A DNA stretch of 59,337 bases from a virus (Duplodnaviria; Caudoviricetes), in IMG/VR virus record IMGVR_UViG_3300035684_000073, positions 1 to 59,337 of that record. One strand, written 5' to 3'. The stretch's first letter is position 1. The number at the start of each line of letters is the position of its first letter. Below, in pieces: positions 36,137-45,758 of this stretch. The notes under the pieces were generated by a model that saw only the letters and a list, made by a program, of their open reading frames with translations, was not told the origin of the DNA and did not search any database. A program made the position numbers and the translations under genes.

Positions 36137-36181
36137 GGGTCCTTCCTGGCGCTCCGGACGTATGCGGGGGCCAAAGGCGCG
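36137..36181 (+). other. Lambda-like cos site (cosQ + cosN)
   Basis: GGGTCCT, 23 nt ending in CG, then GGGGCCAAAGG-CGCG; upstream of terS. Confidence 0.7.
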
Positions 36182-36337
36182 GCATTCGCGAGAGTGCCGA
36201 ATTTTTTGAAACTCTCTTGTTTTTCTTTCGGTTTCGGAACGGCGACGGTGCGGTTCGGCTGTCCCGCTTTCGGCCGAGCTGCTGACCAGGCGCCGGCGGC
36301 CGTCAGCGGCACGCCCCCAACTCGACGCCGCCAGCGG

Positions 36338-36628
36338 GTGCCTCACAGATCGGCCGCGCCCGTGAGGCCGGCTTTCTTCGTCGCGTTCGTCGGCAGCTAC
36401 GCCGATCCTGATCGAGGCGGTCTTTCCGGGCCGTATCCAGATCGGGCGGCCGCTGTCGCTTGGATCGAGCTGCTGCGCATGATCGCCAGGACCGGGCTGC
36501 ATCAGCTCGATCCGCCCGTGCCGCTGTATCTGATCCGGGCGATCGCCAGGTCGAGCAGCGGATCCTTCCGGTCGGAAGCTTTGGCTGGAAAGCTAGACAA
36601 CGTGGCGGGTGCGGGGCGGCGGAAATGA
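36338..36628 (+). CDS. Hypothetical protein, start uncertain
   Basis: Stop overlaps next ATG. Confidence 0.35.
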   Translation: MPHRSAAPVRPAFFVAFVGSYADPDRGGLSGPYPDRAAAVAWIELLRMIARTGLHQLDPPVPLYLIRAIARSSSGSFRSEALAGKLDNVAGAGRRK

Positions 36629-36855
36629 GGGCGTGCCTTTGCTACTGGCACAACGCCTTCGGCAAGGCCGGGCGGGTTGATCGCGTCGAAGTGCGGCACG
36701 GTGCGTTGACGCTCGGCGGCTGCGGTTGGATTAAGAGTAATTCGCGCGTGGTTAGCTTCGACCGCGGTTGGGTCGATCAGGCACTCGAGTTCAGCGGCCA
36801 CGCTAACGAAGATGCGAGTGGCCGCTCGCGCGCGGCAAGGGAGTGCCCGTTTTGA
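36625..36855 (+). CDS. Hypothetical protein
   Basis: ATGA start overlap; stop overlaps terS TTG. Confidence 0.45.
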   Translation: MRACLCYWHNAFGKAGRVDRVEVRHGALTLGGCGWIKSNSRVVSFDRGWVDQALEFSGHANEDASGRSRAARECPF

Positions 36856-37442
36856 GGGGCAATCTGGCGGATCTGGCGGCGACGGGGCTTGCCTCGGAAC
36901 CGACGCTTCGCAAGTGGATTGCGGCCGAGCCCGATCAGCCGTGGATTATCAAGCGCGGCTCTAACGGCGACGCTTACGAGATCGATCTCGCCGGCGCCGT
37001 CGAGGCTTGGAAGGCGCAGCAGGAACGCGCAACGGCTGCAGCTCGCGATCGCGCGCAGCAGCTCCGGCAGCTCGGCCTCGATCTTGGCGTCGGTGGGCAG
37101 GCCGCCGACGAAGAGGGCGGCTTCACCTTCTCGATCGCCGAGCGGAAGCAGCTGGTCGAGGAAGAATATGTGGCGATGAAGCTCGCCGAGAAGCGCGGCG
37201 AGCTGGTGCGATATGCGGACATAGCCCACGAATTCGGGGAGTTGCTGGTGCTCTTTCGCCAGCGCGGCGAGACGTTCGCCGCCCGATTGGCGAAGCGGGT
37301 CGATCTTACACGCGAGCAGCTTGCCGCGATCGATCGCCAGGTCGCGGCCGATCAGGCGTTTCTAGCGCAGGCTTTGGAGAAGTGGGGAAGTGGCGACACG
37401 GGCAACCTTGCCGCCGCCGCGGTGGACGATCCCGCCGCTTAG
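36843..37442 (+). CDS. terS: Terminase small subunit (Nu1-like); start possibly TTG 36852
   Basis: wHTH SEPTLRKWI..RGSNG.AYEID; coiled coil with KRGELV; precedes terL. Confidence 0.85.
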   Translation: MPVLRGNLADLAATGLASEPTLRKWIAAEPDQPWIIKRGSNGDAYEIDLAGAVEAWKAQQERATAAARDRAQQLRQLGLDLGVGGQAADEEGGFTFSIAERKQLVEEEYVAMKLAEKRGELVRYADIAHEFGELLVLFRQRGETFAARLAKRVDLTREQLAAIDRQVAADQAFLAQALEKWGSGDTGNLAAAAVDDPAA

Positions 37443-39600
37443 GACGGCGCAAGATCTGATCCGCGGGCAAGCGCACTTGCTGGCGCCGAAGTCTAGGCGG
37501 CGGGTAAGCCAGTGGGCCGCGGACGAACAAGGCTTCGATCCGGACGTGCTACCGTGGCAAGCCGAGATCATGGATCGGCTTGGCGATCCGGACGTCGGCG
37601 AAGTCGGGATGATGGGGCCGAGCCAGGCCGGCAAGTCCACGATCGGACTGGCCTGGCTCGGCCAAACGATCGACGAAGATCCGGCCGAGTTCCTGATCTC
37701 GCAACCGTCGCAAAATCTGTCGCAGACGTTCGTGGTTACGCGCGTCGAGCCGATGATCGAGGCGACGCCGGCGGTGAAGCGCAAGCTGTCGCCGGCGGCG
37801 AACGCGAACAACATCTTCCTGAAGCAATTTCGGGGAATGATGCTGGCGACTGTCTGGCCCGTGGCGGCGCAGTTCACGCAACGGCCGATCCGGTTCGGTT
37901 GGCTCGACGACTACGACCAGTTTCCCGACGATATTGACGGGCAGGGATCGGGAATTGCCCTGCTCGACGGGCGGCAAACGAGCTTCGAGGGCCGCGACCG
38001 CAAGCTGATCTCTTCGTCGCCGGCACGCGACGACGGCAGTGGGATCGAGGCCTTCTGCGCTTCGGGAAGCGACGAACGGCTGCAGCCGCGGTGCCCGCAT
38101 TGCGAAGAGCGGATCGAGCTGGATCTGCTGCGCGATTTGCAATTCGCGGGCAAGCCGCGCGACGGCGAGCGCGGCGCCAGCCCGGCGACGGCCGACGACG
38201 CCGCGGCCTCGGCGCACGTGGTTTGCCCGGCAAGCGGGTGCATATTGGAGCCGAGCGATCGGCGCCGGCTGCTCGATAGCCTGGCCGATTTGCCCGCGCG
38301 GGGCTTCGTGCCGGCAAACCCGCTGGCATCGCGGCGCCGCTCGACGTTCCGGATCGACGGGCTGCTCGCGCTCACCAGCTGGCCGAAGCTGGCACGGCTG
38401 TGGCGCGAAGCGCTGATCGCCTGGGAAACGCGCCAGGACGAAACCGGGCTGCGGACGTTCGTGAACACGAAGGCGGGCGTGAATTATCGGGCGAAGGCAT
38501 CGGGCGAAAAGCCGCTCGACGCCGAGGCTTTGAAGCTTCGCCGTGAGCTAGACTTTTACCTCGGCACGGTGCCGATCGGCGTCAAGGTGCTGGTTACGCT
38601 GGTCGACGTGCAGAGCAACCGGGTCGAGCTAGCGACGGTGGGTTATGGCGACGGCCTCGAAAGCTGGCTTATCGATCGCCATTCGATCGACGTTCTAGAC
38701 GACGGGCTTACTCAGCTCGCGCCGTTCACGCACCCCGAGCATTCGGCGGTGCTGCTGCCGCTTTTCAACAAGCGCTATCCGCTCGCGGACGGCGTGCGAT
38801 CGGCCGAGCAGCTGCGGCGCATTGCCGACTGGCCTACGGCGCCGGTGCTCACGGTCGCGCTCGACATTGGCGGCGGCGGCGACAAGGAGAAGGGCGCGGC
38901 GGAATTTGCAAAAGCCTTCTGGAACGCCGCGCGAGCGCTCGGCATTCCGCCGGCGCGGATCACGCTGGTGAAGGGCGGCAATCGGCCGACGGCGGATCTC
39001 ATGCCGCGGGCGAAGTTTGCGGATCAGAAGCGCAGGGGCGGCGCCAAGCGCAGCTCGGCGCAGCTGTGGCTGCCGAACGTGCACGCGATCAAACACACGA
39101 TCGACGCGCGGTTGCGGCGGCTCGATCCGGGGCCGGGCTATATCCACCTGCCCGGCGGGAAGATCGGCGGGCGGCCGCTAAGGCCCGGCGAAAGTGAGGC
39201 AGGGGCGCACCGGCTGCTCGATCAGCATGTCGAAGAGATCGCGGCTGAAGAGTTGCAGAAGGGCAAGTGGGTAAAACGGCAAACCAGAAACGAGACCTGG
39301 GATCTGCTGGTTTACAGTTACGCCGCGATCCTGCGGCCGCCCTTCGCGCAGTCGCGAACGCATATGCGTTGGGTGCCCGCGGCGTTCCGGGTGCCCGACC
39401 ATCCGATCGCGTCGCCGCTGCCTCCGGCCGAGGGCGACGCGCCGAGGCCTGCAGCTGCGCCGGCCTCGAAGCCGGTCCTGGCGGCGGCGGCTACGCCCGT
39501 GCCGCAACGGGCTGCAGCTGCCGTCAAACCGCGCCCTGGCGCGCAAAAGAATTGGCTCGTCCCGCGCCGGGGCGGGAACTGGCTCAAACCTCGAAGGTAA
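37390..39600 (+). CDS. terL: Terminase large subunit, lambda gpA family
   Basis: MGPSQAGKS Walker A, LDDYD, ISSSP, CPHC, FVNT..G, VDVQ, RNETWDLLVY. Confidence 0.93.
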   Translation: MATRATLPPPRWTIPPLRTAQDLIRGQAHLLAPKSRRRVSQWAADEQGFDPDVLPWQAEIMDRLGDPDVGEVGMMGPSQAGKSTIGLAWLGQTIDEDPAEFLISQPSQNLSQTFVVTRVEPMIEATPAVKRKLSPAANANNIFLKQFRGMMLATVWPVAAQFTQRPIRFGWLDDYDQFPDDIDGQGSGIALLDGRQTSFEGRDRKLISSSPARDDGSGIEAFCASGSDERLQPRCPHCEERIELDLLRDLQFAGKPRDGERGASPATADDAAASAHVVCPASGCILEPSDRRRLLDSLADLPARGFVPANPLASRRRSTFRIDGLLALTSWPKLARLWREALIAWETRQDETGLRTFVNTKAGVNYRAKASGEKPLDAEALKLRRELDFYLGTVPIGVKVLVTLVDVQSNRVELATVGYGDGLESWLIDRHSIDVLDDGLTQLAPFTHPEHSAVLLPLFNKRYPLADGVRSAEQLRRIADWPTAPVLTVALDIGGGGDKEKGAAEFAKAFWNAARALGIPPARITLVKGGNRPTADLMPRAKFADQKRRGGAKRSSAQLWLPNVHAIKHTIDARLRRLDPGPGYIHLPGGKIGGRPLRPGESEAGAHRLLDQHVEEIAAEELQKGKWVKRQTRNETWDLLVYSYAAILRPPFAQSRTHMRWVPAAFRVPDHPIASPLPPAEGDAPRPAAAPASKPVLAAAATPVPQRAAAAVKPRPGAQKNWLVPRRGGNWLKPRR

Positions 39601-39604
39601 CAGG

Positions 39605-39820
39605 ATGGCTTGGACGCAAGCGGATCTCGATCGGGTCGACGCGGCAATCGCGAACGGCAACGTCAAGAGCGTCACCTATGCCGACGGCCGAGCCGTCCAG
39701 TATGAAAGCCGGGCCGAGCTGCTCGCGGTGCGTCGCGAGATCCGGGCCGAGCTGCTGGCCTCGGCGAGCCAGGCGCGGCCGTTCCGCCGTGCAACGGTCG
39801 CGCGGTATCGCCGCCCGTGA
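39605..39820 (+). CDS. Head-tail adaptor (gpW-like)
   Basis: MAWTQADLD...AIA.G..SVTY.DGR.V.Y.S..EL. Confidence 0.88.
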   Translation: MAWTQADLDRVDAAIANGNVKSVTYADGRAVQYESRAELLAVRREIRAELLASASQARPFRRATVARYRRP

Positions 39821-41346
39821 GCGTGCTCGACAAAGCGATCGCGATCGCCTCGCCGCGATGGGCGGCGAAGCGCCAGGCGTCACGCCTGCAGCTGCAGCAG
39901 CTCGAAGCCGTCGGCCAGGCGGCGCGCCGCTCAAACGATCGGCGCACGCGCCGACGCGGCGACGACTGGCGGATCAACGACACGTCGCTACGCCGTTACG
40001 AAGCGCAGCAAGGCAAACCGATCTCGCGCGTCGATCGCCAGCGGATCCGCGAGATCTTCGAAACCAATCCCTTCGCGGTGAAGGCGAAGGCCTCGCTCCT
40101 GAACAACCTGGTCGGCTACGGCATAACGGGCACGGTCAAGGGGCCGAAGGCGCTGCAGAAGGCATGGACCGACTGGATCCGGGTTTGCGACTTCGACGGC
40201 GTGCTCGATCTCTACGGGCTGCAGGCGCTGATCGCCGAGATCTGGCTCGACGACGGCGAGGCCTTCATTGTCAAGCGGATCGTGCCCGGCGCGGCCGTGC
40301 ACCCGCTGCGATTGCAGGTGCTCGACGCCGATCAGCTCGACGTAACGGCCGTGCTTGGGAATTCGCGGATCCGCGACGGGATCGAGTATGGCGAAGGCGG
40401 CAAGCCGGTCGCCTATCACTTCAAGCGCAGCCGCGAGATCGACCAGTTCGGCGATCCGGTGCGCGTTCCCGCCGATCAGGTTATCCACCTGTTTCACCGT
40501 CGGCGCGCCGGGCAATGGCGCGGCCGCCCGCACTTCGAGCCGGTGCTCGACGCGCTCGCCGACGTCGACGACTTCATCGAGGCCGAGGGGATCCGCAAAA
40601 AGATCGAGAGCTGTTTCGTCGGCTTTCGATCGGTAACGAATGAAGAGATGGCCGGCGGCGGCGATGGCAGCATGGGGCAGATCGAGCCGGGCCTGCAGCC
40701 GCTCGACGGCGACGGCTTTCCGCTCGAAACCTTCTCGCCCGGCATGATCATCAACGGCCGCGACGGTGAAAGCATGACGTTCGGCGAGCCTAAGGCCGCC
40801 GGCGGCTTCGCCGAATTCATGCGGTGGGGGGCGCTCCGGATCGCCGCCGGCGGTCAAACGACTTATGAGCGCGCGACGGGCGATCTTTCGAACGTCAACT
40901 ATTCGAGCTTTCGCGCCGGCGATCTCGAATTCCAGCGCTTCATCGGGCGCGTGCAATGGCTGATGTTCATTCCCCGGCTGCTGGTCGATATCGAGCGGGC
41001 CTTTCTGGAAGCCGCGCAACTGATCGGCCTGGTGTCGCCGAGCCGCTCCGCGCCGGTTTTCAAGTGGACGCCGCCCCCCTTCGGTTCGGTCGATCCCAAG
41101 AAAGACGCCGACGCGCGCAAAGCTGAGATGGCGATGGGCGCCGAGAGCCTGCGCAACGTAGTCGCGGAACGCGGTTACGATCTCGACGAGCTTAGCGATG
41201 AGATCGCGGCCGACCTAAAGATGCTGGAAGGAAAGGGGCTTCTCGCCCTGGCGAAAGCAATGTTCGCCATGGCCGGTGCGGGCGCCGCGGCGGGGTCCGG
41301 CGCGCCGGCCTCGGCCGAACCAGGGGCCGAGCCGCCCGCCGAGTAA
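39817..41346 (+). CDS. Portal protein, lambda family
   Basis: NLVGYGI, DGEAF, DGIEY..GKPVAYH, VIHLF..R.GQWRG.P, TGDLSNVNYSSFRAG, VDPKKD. Confidence 0.93.
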   Translation: MSVLDKAIAIASPRWAAKRQASRLQLQQLEAVGQAARRSNDRRTRRRGDDWRINDTSLRRYEAQQGKPISRVDRQRIREIFETNPFAVKAKASLLNNLVGYGITGTVKGPKALQKAWTDWIRVCDFDGVLDLYGLQALIAEIWLDDGEAFIVKRIVPGAAVHPLRLQVLDADQLDVTAVLGNSRIRDGIEYGEGGKPVAYHFKRSREIDQFGDPVRVPADQVIHLFHRRRAGQWRGRPHFEPVLDALADVDDFIEAEGIRKKIESCFVGFRSVTNEEMAGGGDGSMGQIEPGLQPLDGDGFPLETFSPGMIINGRDGESMTFGEPKAAGGFAEFMRWGALRIAAGGQTTYERATGDLSNVNYSSFRAGDLEFQRFIGRVQWLMFIPRLLVDIERAFLEAAQLIGLVSPSRSAPVFKWTPPPFGSVDPKKDADARKAEMAMGAESLRNVVAERGYDLDELSDEIAADLKMLEGKGLLALAKAMFAMAGAGAAAGSGAPASAEPGAEPPAE

Positions 41347-41398
41347 TGCAGCGGGCGCCGATCGGCGCCCGCAGATCTAACCGAAGGGAGAAGAGACT

Positions 41399-43387
41399 AT
41401 GCCGCCAGTAGCGGAGGCGCCGGCGCGCCAGGTCGAGCGCAATGCGCCGATCCTCATGCGCGCGGCGAACGTGCAACCGGGCTCCTATCAGGAGGCCGAC
41501 AATAGCGTCGAAATGGTCTGGTCGACGGGCGCCGCCGGAACGCGCTTCGACTTCTGGGAAGGTGAATATTACACCGAAGAGCTTTCGATGGATCCGGCGC
41601 ACGTGCGCCTCGATCGGTTGAACGCCGGCGCCTGCCTTCTGGACAGTCACCAGGATTATTCGCTCCGCGCCGTGCTCGGCTCGACCGTGCCGGGCACCGT
41701 GCGGATCGAGGGCGGGCAGGGGATCTCCCGTGTCGCTTTGTCGCGCGCCGCAGGCGTGGCCGATATCGTGCAGAACATCATCGACGGCCATATCCGCAGC
41801 GTGAGCGTCGGATACATGGTGCACACCTATCTTCGCACGGAACGGGAGGGCGAAAAGCCGCACCTTCTCGCGATCGATTGGGAGCCGGTTGAGCTTTCCA
41901 TGGTCGCCGTGCCCTTCGATGCCGGCGCGCAGGTTCGCGCCCGGAGTGCCTCGCAGGGGGGCTTGCACCCCTGCACAATCCGCGGCGCGCCCGCGACTTC
42001 AGGAGAAACGAATATGGATCCGGTAAATCCGGCGCCCGCGCCGAGCCCGACGCCTGCCATCACGCCGACGCCTTCGCCGGCGCCTTCGCAGGAAGAGCGC
42101 GGCAACGTCACGATCACGATCCGCTCGATCCGTGAGCGTGCCGCGGTGCTCGGCTCCGAAGTGGTGCTCGACCTGGTGAGCCGCCACGAAGAAACGCCGT
42201 TCACGGACGCGACGCTCAACGCCGAGCTGGTGACGCGCTTCGCCGCCGAGCGCTCGGCGCCGCCGATCGACAACGCGATCACGATCACGGCCGATGAAAC
42301 GGACAAGTTTCGCCGCGCGCTCACGGGCGCCCTTGTCGTCCGGATGCAGGACAGCTCGGCGAAGCCGGCGGACGGCGGCGAGTTGTTCGGGCACATGACG
42401 GCGCGCGAGATCGCCCGCGAGTGCCTGCAGCGCGCCGGCGTCAAGGGGCACGCGCAGATGGGGCCGTATGATCTCGTCAACGCCGCGCTCGGAATGCAGC
42501 GGCACGGCGCGCTTACGTCGACCGACTTCGCGATCGCGCTGCAGCAGGCGGGCAACCTGGCGATCCTGGACAGCTACCAGGTTCAAGGCGAGGACGACTG
42601 GAAGCAGCTTTCCCGCGAGAAGGCCGCCAACGATTTCCGCCCCCACAACCTGGCAGGCCTCACGGGAACGCCGGAATTCCTGGTGGTCGAGGAAAACGGC
42701 GAATATACCTACGCCGGCTTCCAAGACATCGGCGAGAGCTTCAAGCTCTGGACGGCGGGCCGCATCATCTCGCTTTCGCGGCAGCTGATTATCAACGATC
42801 AGCTCGGCCTCTTCGGCGATATGGCCGGCGCCCTCGGCCGCGGCGCCTCGCTTCATGAAGCAAACAGCTGGTGGGCGAACCTTCTCGGCAATCCCCTGCT
42901 GAGCGACGGCATTGCGCTTTTCCACGCAGCGCACGGCAATCTCGGCGCTGCCGCGGCCCTCAGTTTGACAACGCTCAACGCCGGGCGGGCCGCAATGCGT
43001 ATGCAGAAGGATCGCGACGGCGTGACGGCGCTCAACGTGACGCCGAAGTTCCTGATCGTCGGGCCGCTGCTCGAAGGCGTCGCCGAGCAGCTCGCCAGCC
43101 CGGCGATCGTGCCCGGAACCGCCGGTGCGGTGGTGCAGCCTTGGGTGCGCAACCTCACGATCATCGTGACGCCGCGGATCACCGATTATTCCTGGTATCT
43201 GCTCGCGGATCCGGCGCGGGCGGCGGCGATCATCCACGGTTATCTGCGCGGCCAGCAGGGTATCTACACGGATACCCGCGTCGGCTTCGAGGTCGACGGC
43301 GTGGAATATAAGGGCCGCACCGACTTCTCCGCAAAGGCGGTCGGGCACCAGGGCGCTTACCGCAATCCCGGCGCCGCGCCGGCCTGA
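41399..43387 (+). CDS. Prohead protease-major capsid protein fusion
   Basis: LLDSH, SVSVGY, WEPVELSMVAVPFD protease; TSTDF, SLSRQLIINDQLG, PKFLIVGP capsid domain. Confidence 0.9.
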   Translation: MPPVAEAPARQVERNAPILMRAANVQPGSYQEADNSVEMVWSTGAAGTRFDFWEGEYYTEELSMDPAHVRLDRLNAGACLLDSHQDYSLRAVLGSTVPGTVRIEGGQGISRVALSRAAGVADIVQNIIDGHIRSVSVGYMVHTYLRTEREGEKPHLLAIDWEPVELSMVAVPFDAGAQVRARSASQGGLHPCTIRGAPATSGETNMDPVNPAPAPSPTPAITPTPSPAPSQEERGNVTITIRSIRERAAVLGSEVVLDLVSRHEETPFTDATLNAELVTRFAAERSAPPIDNAITITADETDKFRRALTGALVVRMQDSSAKPADGGELFGHMTAREIARECLQRAGVKGHAQMGPYDLVNAALGMQRHGALTSTDFAIALQQAGNLAILDSYQVQGEDDWKQLSREKAANDFRPHNLAGLTGTPEFLVVEENGEYTYAGFQDIGESFKLWTAGRIISLSRQLIINDQLGLFGDMAGALGRGASLHEANSWWANLLGNPLLSDGIALFHAAHGNLGAAAALSLTTLNAGRAAMRMQKDRDGVTALNVTPKFLIVGPLLEGVAEQLASPAIVPGTAGAVVQPWVRNLTIIVTPRITDYSWYLLADPARAAAIIHGYLRGQQGIYTDTRVGFEVDGVEYKGRTDFSAKAVGHQGAYRNPGAAPA

Positions 43388-43413
43388 TCGCCGAGCGGCA
43401 ACCTTCGGCTGCA

Positions 43414-43450
43414 GAGGGCGGGTCCTTCGCGGGATCCGCCCTTCATTTTT
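43414..43450 (+). terminator. Rho-independent terminator after the capsid gene
   Basis: GAGGGCGGGTCC stem / GGATCCGCCCTT followed by ATTTTT. Confidence 0.7.
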
Positions 43451-43479
43451 CCGAGCCCGAATATCCGAGGCTCGAATTC

Positions 43480-43836
43480 ATGGAGTTTTTCGAAATGAGC
43501 GAAGTCAAGTTCGTGGCAATTCGCCTGCTGGCGACGTGCATGATCGCCGGTCTTCCGCGCAGCCCCGCCGAGGGTCTGCAGACGGTGCCCGAAGGCGAAG
43601 CAAAGCGGCTGATCGAAGCCGGCCAGGCGGTCGACGCCGAGGCCGATGCCGAGACTGCGCTGCGCGATCCCTCGGTTCCGCCGGGCAGCTTCGACGCCGA
43701 AGCCTTTATCGGGCGGTCGCTCGACCAGATCAGCGACGAAGAGATCGCCGGGCTGAGCGACGCCGATCGGGAGGCCGTGCGCCGGGCCGAGCAGGACCGC
43801 GAGAAGCCGCGCTCGGGCCTGCTTGATCGGCTCTAG
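43480..43836 (+). CDS. Hypothetical head-associated protein (start 43480 or 43495)
   Basis: EAKRLIEAGQA and C-terminal AE..R.KPRSGLL motifs. Confidence 0.65.
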   Translation: MEFFEMSEVKFVAIRLLATCMIAGLPRSPAEGLQTVPEGEAKRLIEAGQAVDAEADAETALRDPSVPPGSFDAEAFIGRSLDQISDEEIAGLSDADREAVRRAEQDREKPRSGLLDRL

Positions 43837-43919
43837 GCCGTTCGCCTTTTCCGCGGGGATAGGCGCCCGCAATCATGGCCGCGGCAGTTGCCTCGGCCGA
43901 GCAAGAGGAACCAAGGAAA

Positions 43920-44252
43920 ATGCGCAATCTTCGGATGCAGAGCGGCGAAAATCTGACGCTGCTCGCCCCCTATGCCGTCTCGGGCGGCCAGGGGATGCTG
44001 GTCGGCCTGATCTTCGGCATTGCTTCGACAGCGGCGGCGCTCGGCGCTTCCGTCGCCGTGTCGACGCTCGGCGTTTACGATATCACGAAGGCCGCAGGCC
44101 AGGCCTTCGGCGTCGGCGCTGCCGTCTACTGGGACAACGCCGCCCGCAACGTCACAACCGTTGCCGCCGACAACACCAAAATCGGCGTGACGATCGCGGC
44201 GGCCGCGGCCGGCGATGCGGTCGCGCAGGTGCGGCTTAACGGCACCTTCTAA
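43920..44252 (+). CDS. DUF2190 family capsid cement/decoration protein
   Basis: MRN..Q.GE.LTL.AP..VSGG, GVYDITK, VYWD, V.LNG; AAGGA RBS. Confidence 0.88.
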   Translation: MRNLRMQSGENLTLLAPYAVSGGQGMLVGLIFGIASTAAALGASVAVSTLGVYDITKAAGQAFGVGAAVYWDNAARNVTTVAADNTKIGVTIAAAAAGDAVAQVRLNGTF

Positions 44253-44470
44253 TCGCGCTTCGGCGCGATTGGGCGGGCGGCTCTGTGGCTTCGTCGAAGC
44301 CGCCCGCCTCAGTGCTCGGCCTCGCGGCCGGTTCCTTCCCAGAGCCGGGTTCTGGCCGGGCGTCTTAGACGCCTTCGGCCAGGCTCGCCCTAAGCCGCGC
44401 CGCACGCGGCTTTGGGCGGGTGTGCCCCTTTCCCGCGCAAACTGAGGCGGCGCGGGGCTCCCGTGTCGCT
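44251..44470 (+). ncRNA. Candidate structured RNA / attenuator
   Basis: Six or more hairpins plus a perfect 10-bp long-range stem in an intergenic gap. Confidence 0.4.
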
Positions 44471-44496
44471 TCCCCTTCTTTCGAGGATCCGCGCAG

Positions 44497-44982
44497 ATGA
44501 AGAAGATTTTCCTACACTCAGGCGCGATCGACGCCGCGCTGCAGTTCGTCGACGCCGGCAATTTCCTGACGATCGGCGAGGCCGGCCATGCCGGCACGAT
44601 CGGCGGGAAGGAAGCCGCGGCCCTGGTCGAAAGCGGCCGTGCGATCGACGCCGACAAAATGAGCGATCCCGACGGGCTCGACGCGCAAACCGTGCCGCAG
44701 CTGCAGGTGCTCGCCGAGGGGGTCGTGGTCGAGGGCACGCGAAAGCAGGATTATATCGACGCGATCCGCGCCGCCCGCCGCGAGCGCGTCGGAGCGCAGG
44801 CGATGCCCGCGGCGGTGCCGGCGCCAGGATCCGGGCAGCTGCCCGGCGAGACGGATCTGCCGATCGTGCAGATCAAGGATCCTTCGGCCGAGGGCGGCGT
44901 GCTGCGCGTCTCGGCACGCGGGATCGTGCCGCCCGATGAAGTCGTCGAAGTCGACGCACCTGCGGTGCCGGGCGGGGAGTAA
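44497..44982 (+). CDS. Hypothetical structural-module protein
   Basis: GAGGA RBS; L...TVPQL..LA..RKQDYIDAI (HeH-like). Confidence 0.7.
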   Translation: MKKIFLHSGAIDAALQFVDAGNFLTIGEAGHAGTIGGKEAAALVESGRAIDADKMSDPDGLDAQTVPQLQVLAEGVVVEGTRKQDYIDAIRAARRERVGAQAMPAAVPAPGSGQLPGETDLPIVQIKDPSAEGGVLRVSARGIVPPDEVVEVDAPAVPGGE

Positions 44983-44988
44983 GCGGAG

Positions 44989-45303
44989 ATGCGGGACTTC
45001 GAGGCCGCAGGCCTGGCCGCCATCGCGACGACGTGGGGCGTGCAAGTGCTCTACACGGGCGCCGGCCTCGTTGCCGCCGAGCTGCCCGCGATCCGTTCCG
45101 ACGGAGGCGCGCAGACATTCCAAGGCGTGGGTTCGACGCTCAACCAAACCAGCTTCGAGATCCAGCAGCACGAATTGCCCGGCGAGCCCATGCCGGAAGA
45201 TCTGATCGAGGAAGTCGAAAGCGGCGAGCGGTTCCGGGTGCTGGAGCCGCGGCGCCGCGACGACGTGGCCGCCTGGCTCTTGATCGTGGAGCTTGCGGAA
45301 TGA
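44989..45303 (+). CDS. Head-tail joining protein (FII-like)
   Basis: Size, position, P...D.I.....F.V......D....W pattern. Confidence 0.7.
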   Translation: MRDFEAAGLAAIATTWGVQVLYTGAGLVAAELPAIRSDGGAQTFQGVGSTLNQTSFEIQQHELPGEPMPEDLIEEVESGERFRVLEPRRRDDVAAWLLIVELAE

Positions 45304-45743
45304 CGGCCGCGCGCGAGCAGATCTTCGCCCTGGTCGACCAGCTGCTCGGCCTCGACGCCGAGGATCCGATCGCCGGTCTCGGCGAATATGAATTCGAGCC
45401 CGATCGGGATCCTGCGAAGTTTCCCGCCCTGCACGCTTTCGACGGCGGCGATCTGCCCCTCGAAGAGGAGACCGGCGTGCGGATGAAGGCGCTCACGCTC
45501 ACGATCGAGGGCTTCGTCCAGAAACCCGGCGGGGCCGCGGCGCGAGCTGCGCTTAACGAGCTGCACGCCGAAGCGGTGCGCCGGCTTATGAATAATCCGG
45601 CGCTGGAACGCTGGGGCATCAGGGAAACCGGGCCGCTGCGCATCGACACGGCCGAGCTGGCGAATAAGCGGCGCCGCGGCTTCAGCCAAGATTTCGAGAT
45701 CACTTATTCGACCGTTCCGGGCGATCCCGGCGCATTTGCCTAA
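45300..45743 (+). CDS. Tail terminator-like protein
   Basis: MTAAREQI..FPAL..F.ITYST..GDP; before tail tube; ATGA overlap. Confidence 0.7.
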   Translation: MTAAREQIFALVDQLLGLDAEDPIAGLGEYEFEPDRDPAKFPALHAFDGGDLPLEEETGVRMKALTLTIEGFVQKPGGAAARAALNELHAEAVRRLMNNPALERWGIRETGPLRIDTAELANKRRRGFSQDFEITYSTVPGDPGAFA

Positions 45744-45758
45744 GAGGAGGAAACGAGA

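Noticed and set aside
35942-36337. 5' part of the 228-aa ORF
   Set aside because: Runs through cos and repeat DNA with implausible composition; probably non-coding
37900-37930. Terminase Walker B reads DDYD instead of DE
   Set aside because: Such variation is plausible in gpA-family enzymes and the gene is otherwise intact; no basis to call it defective
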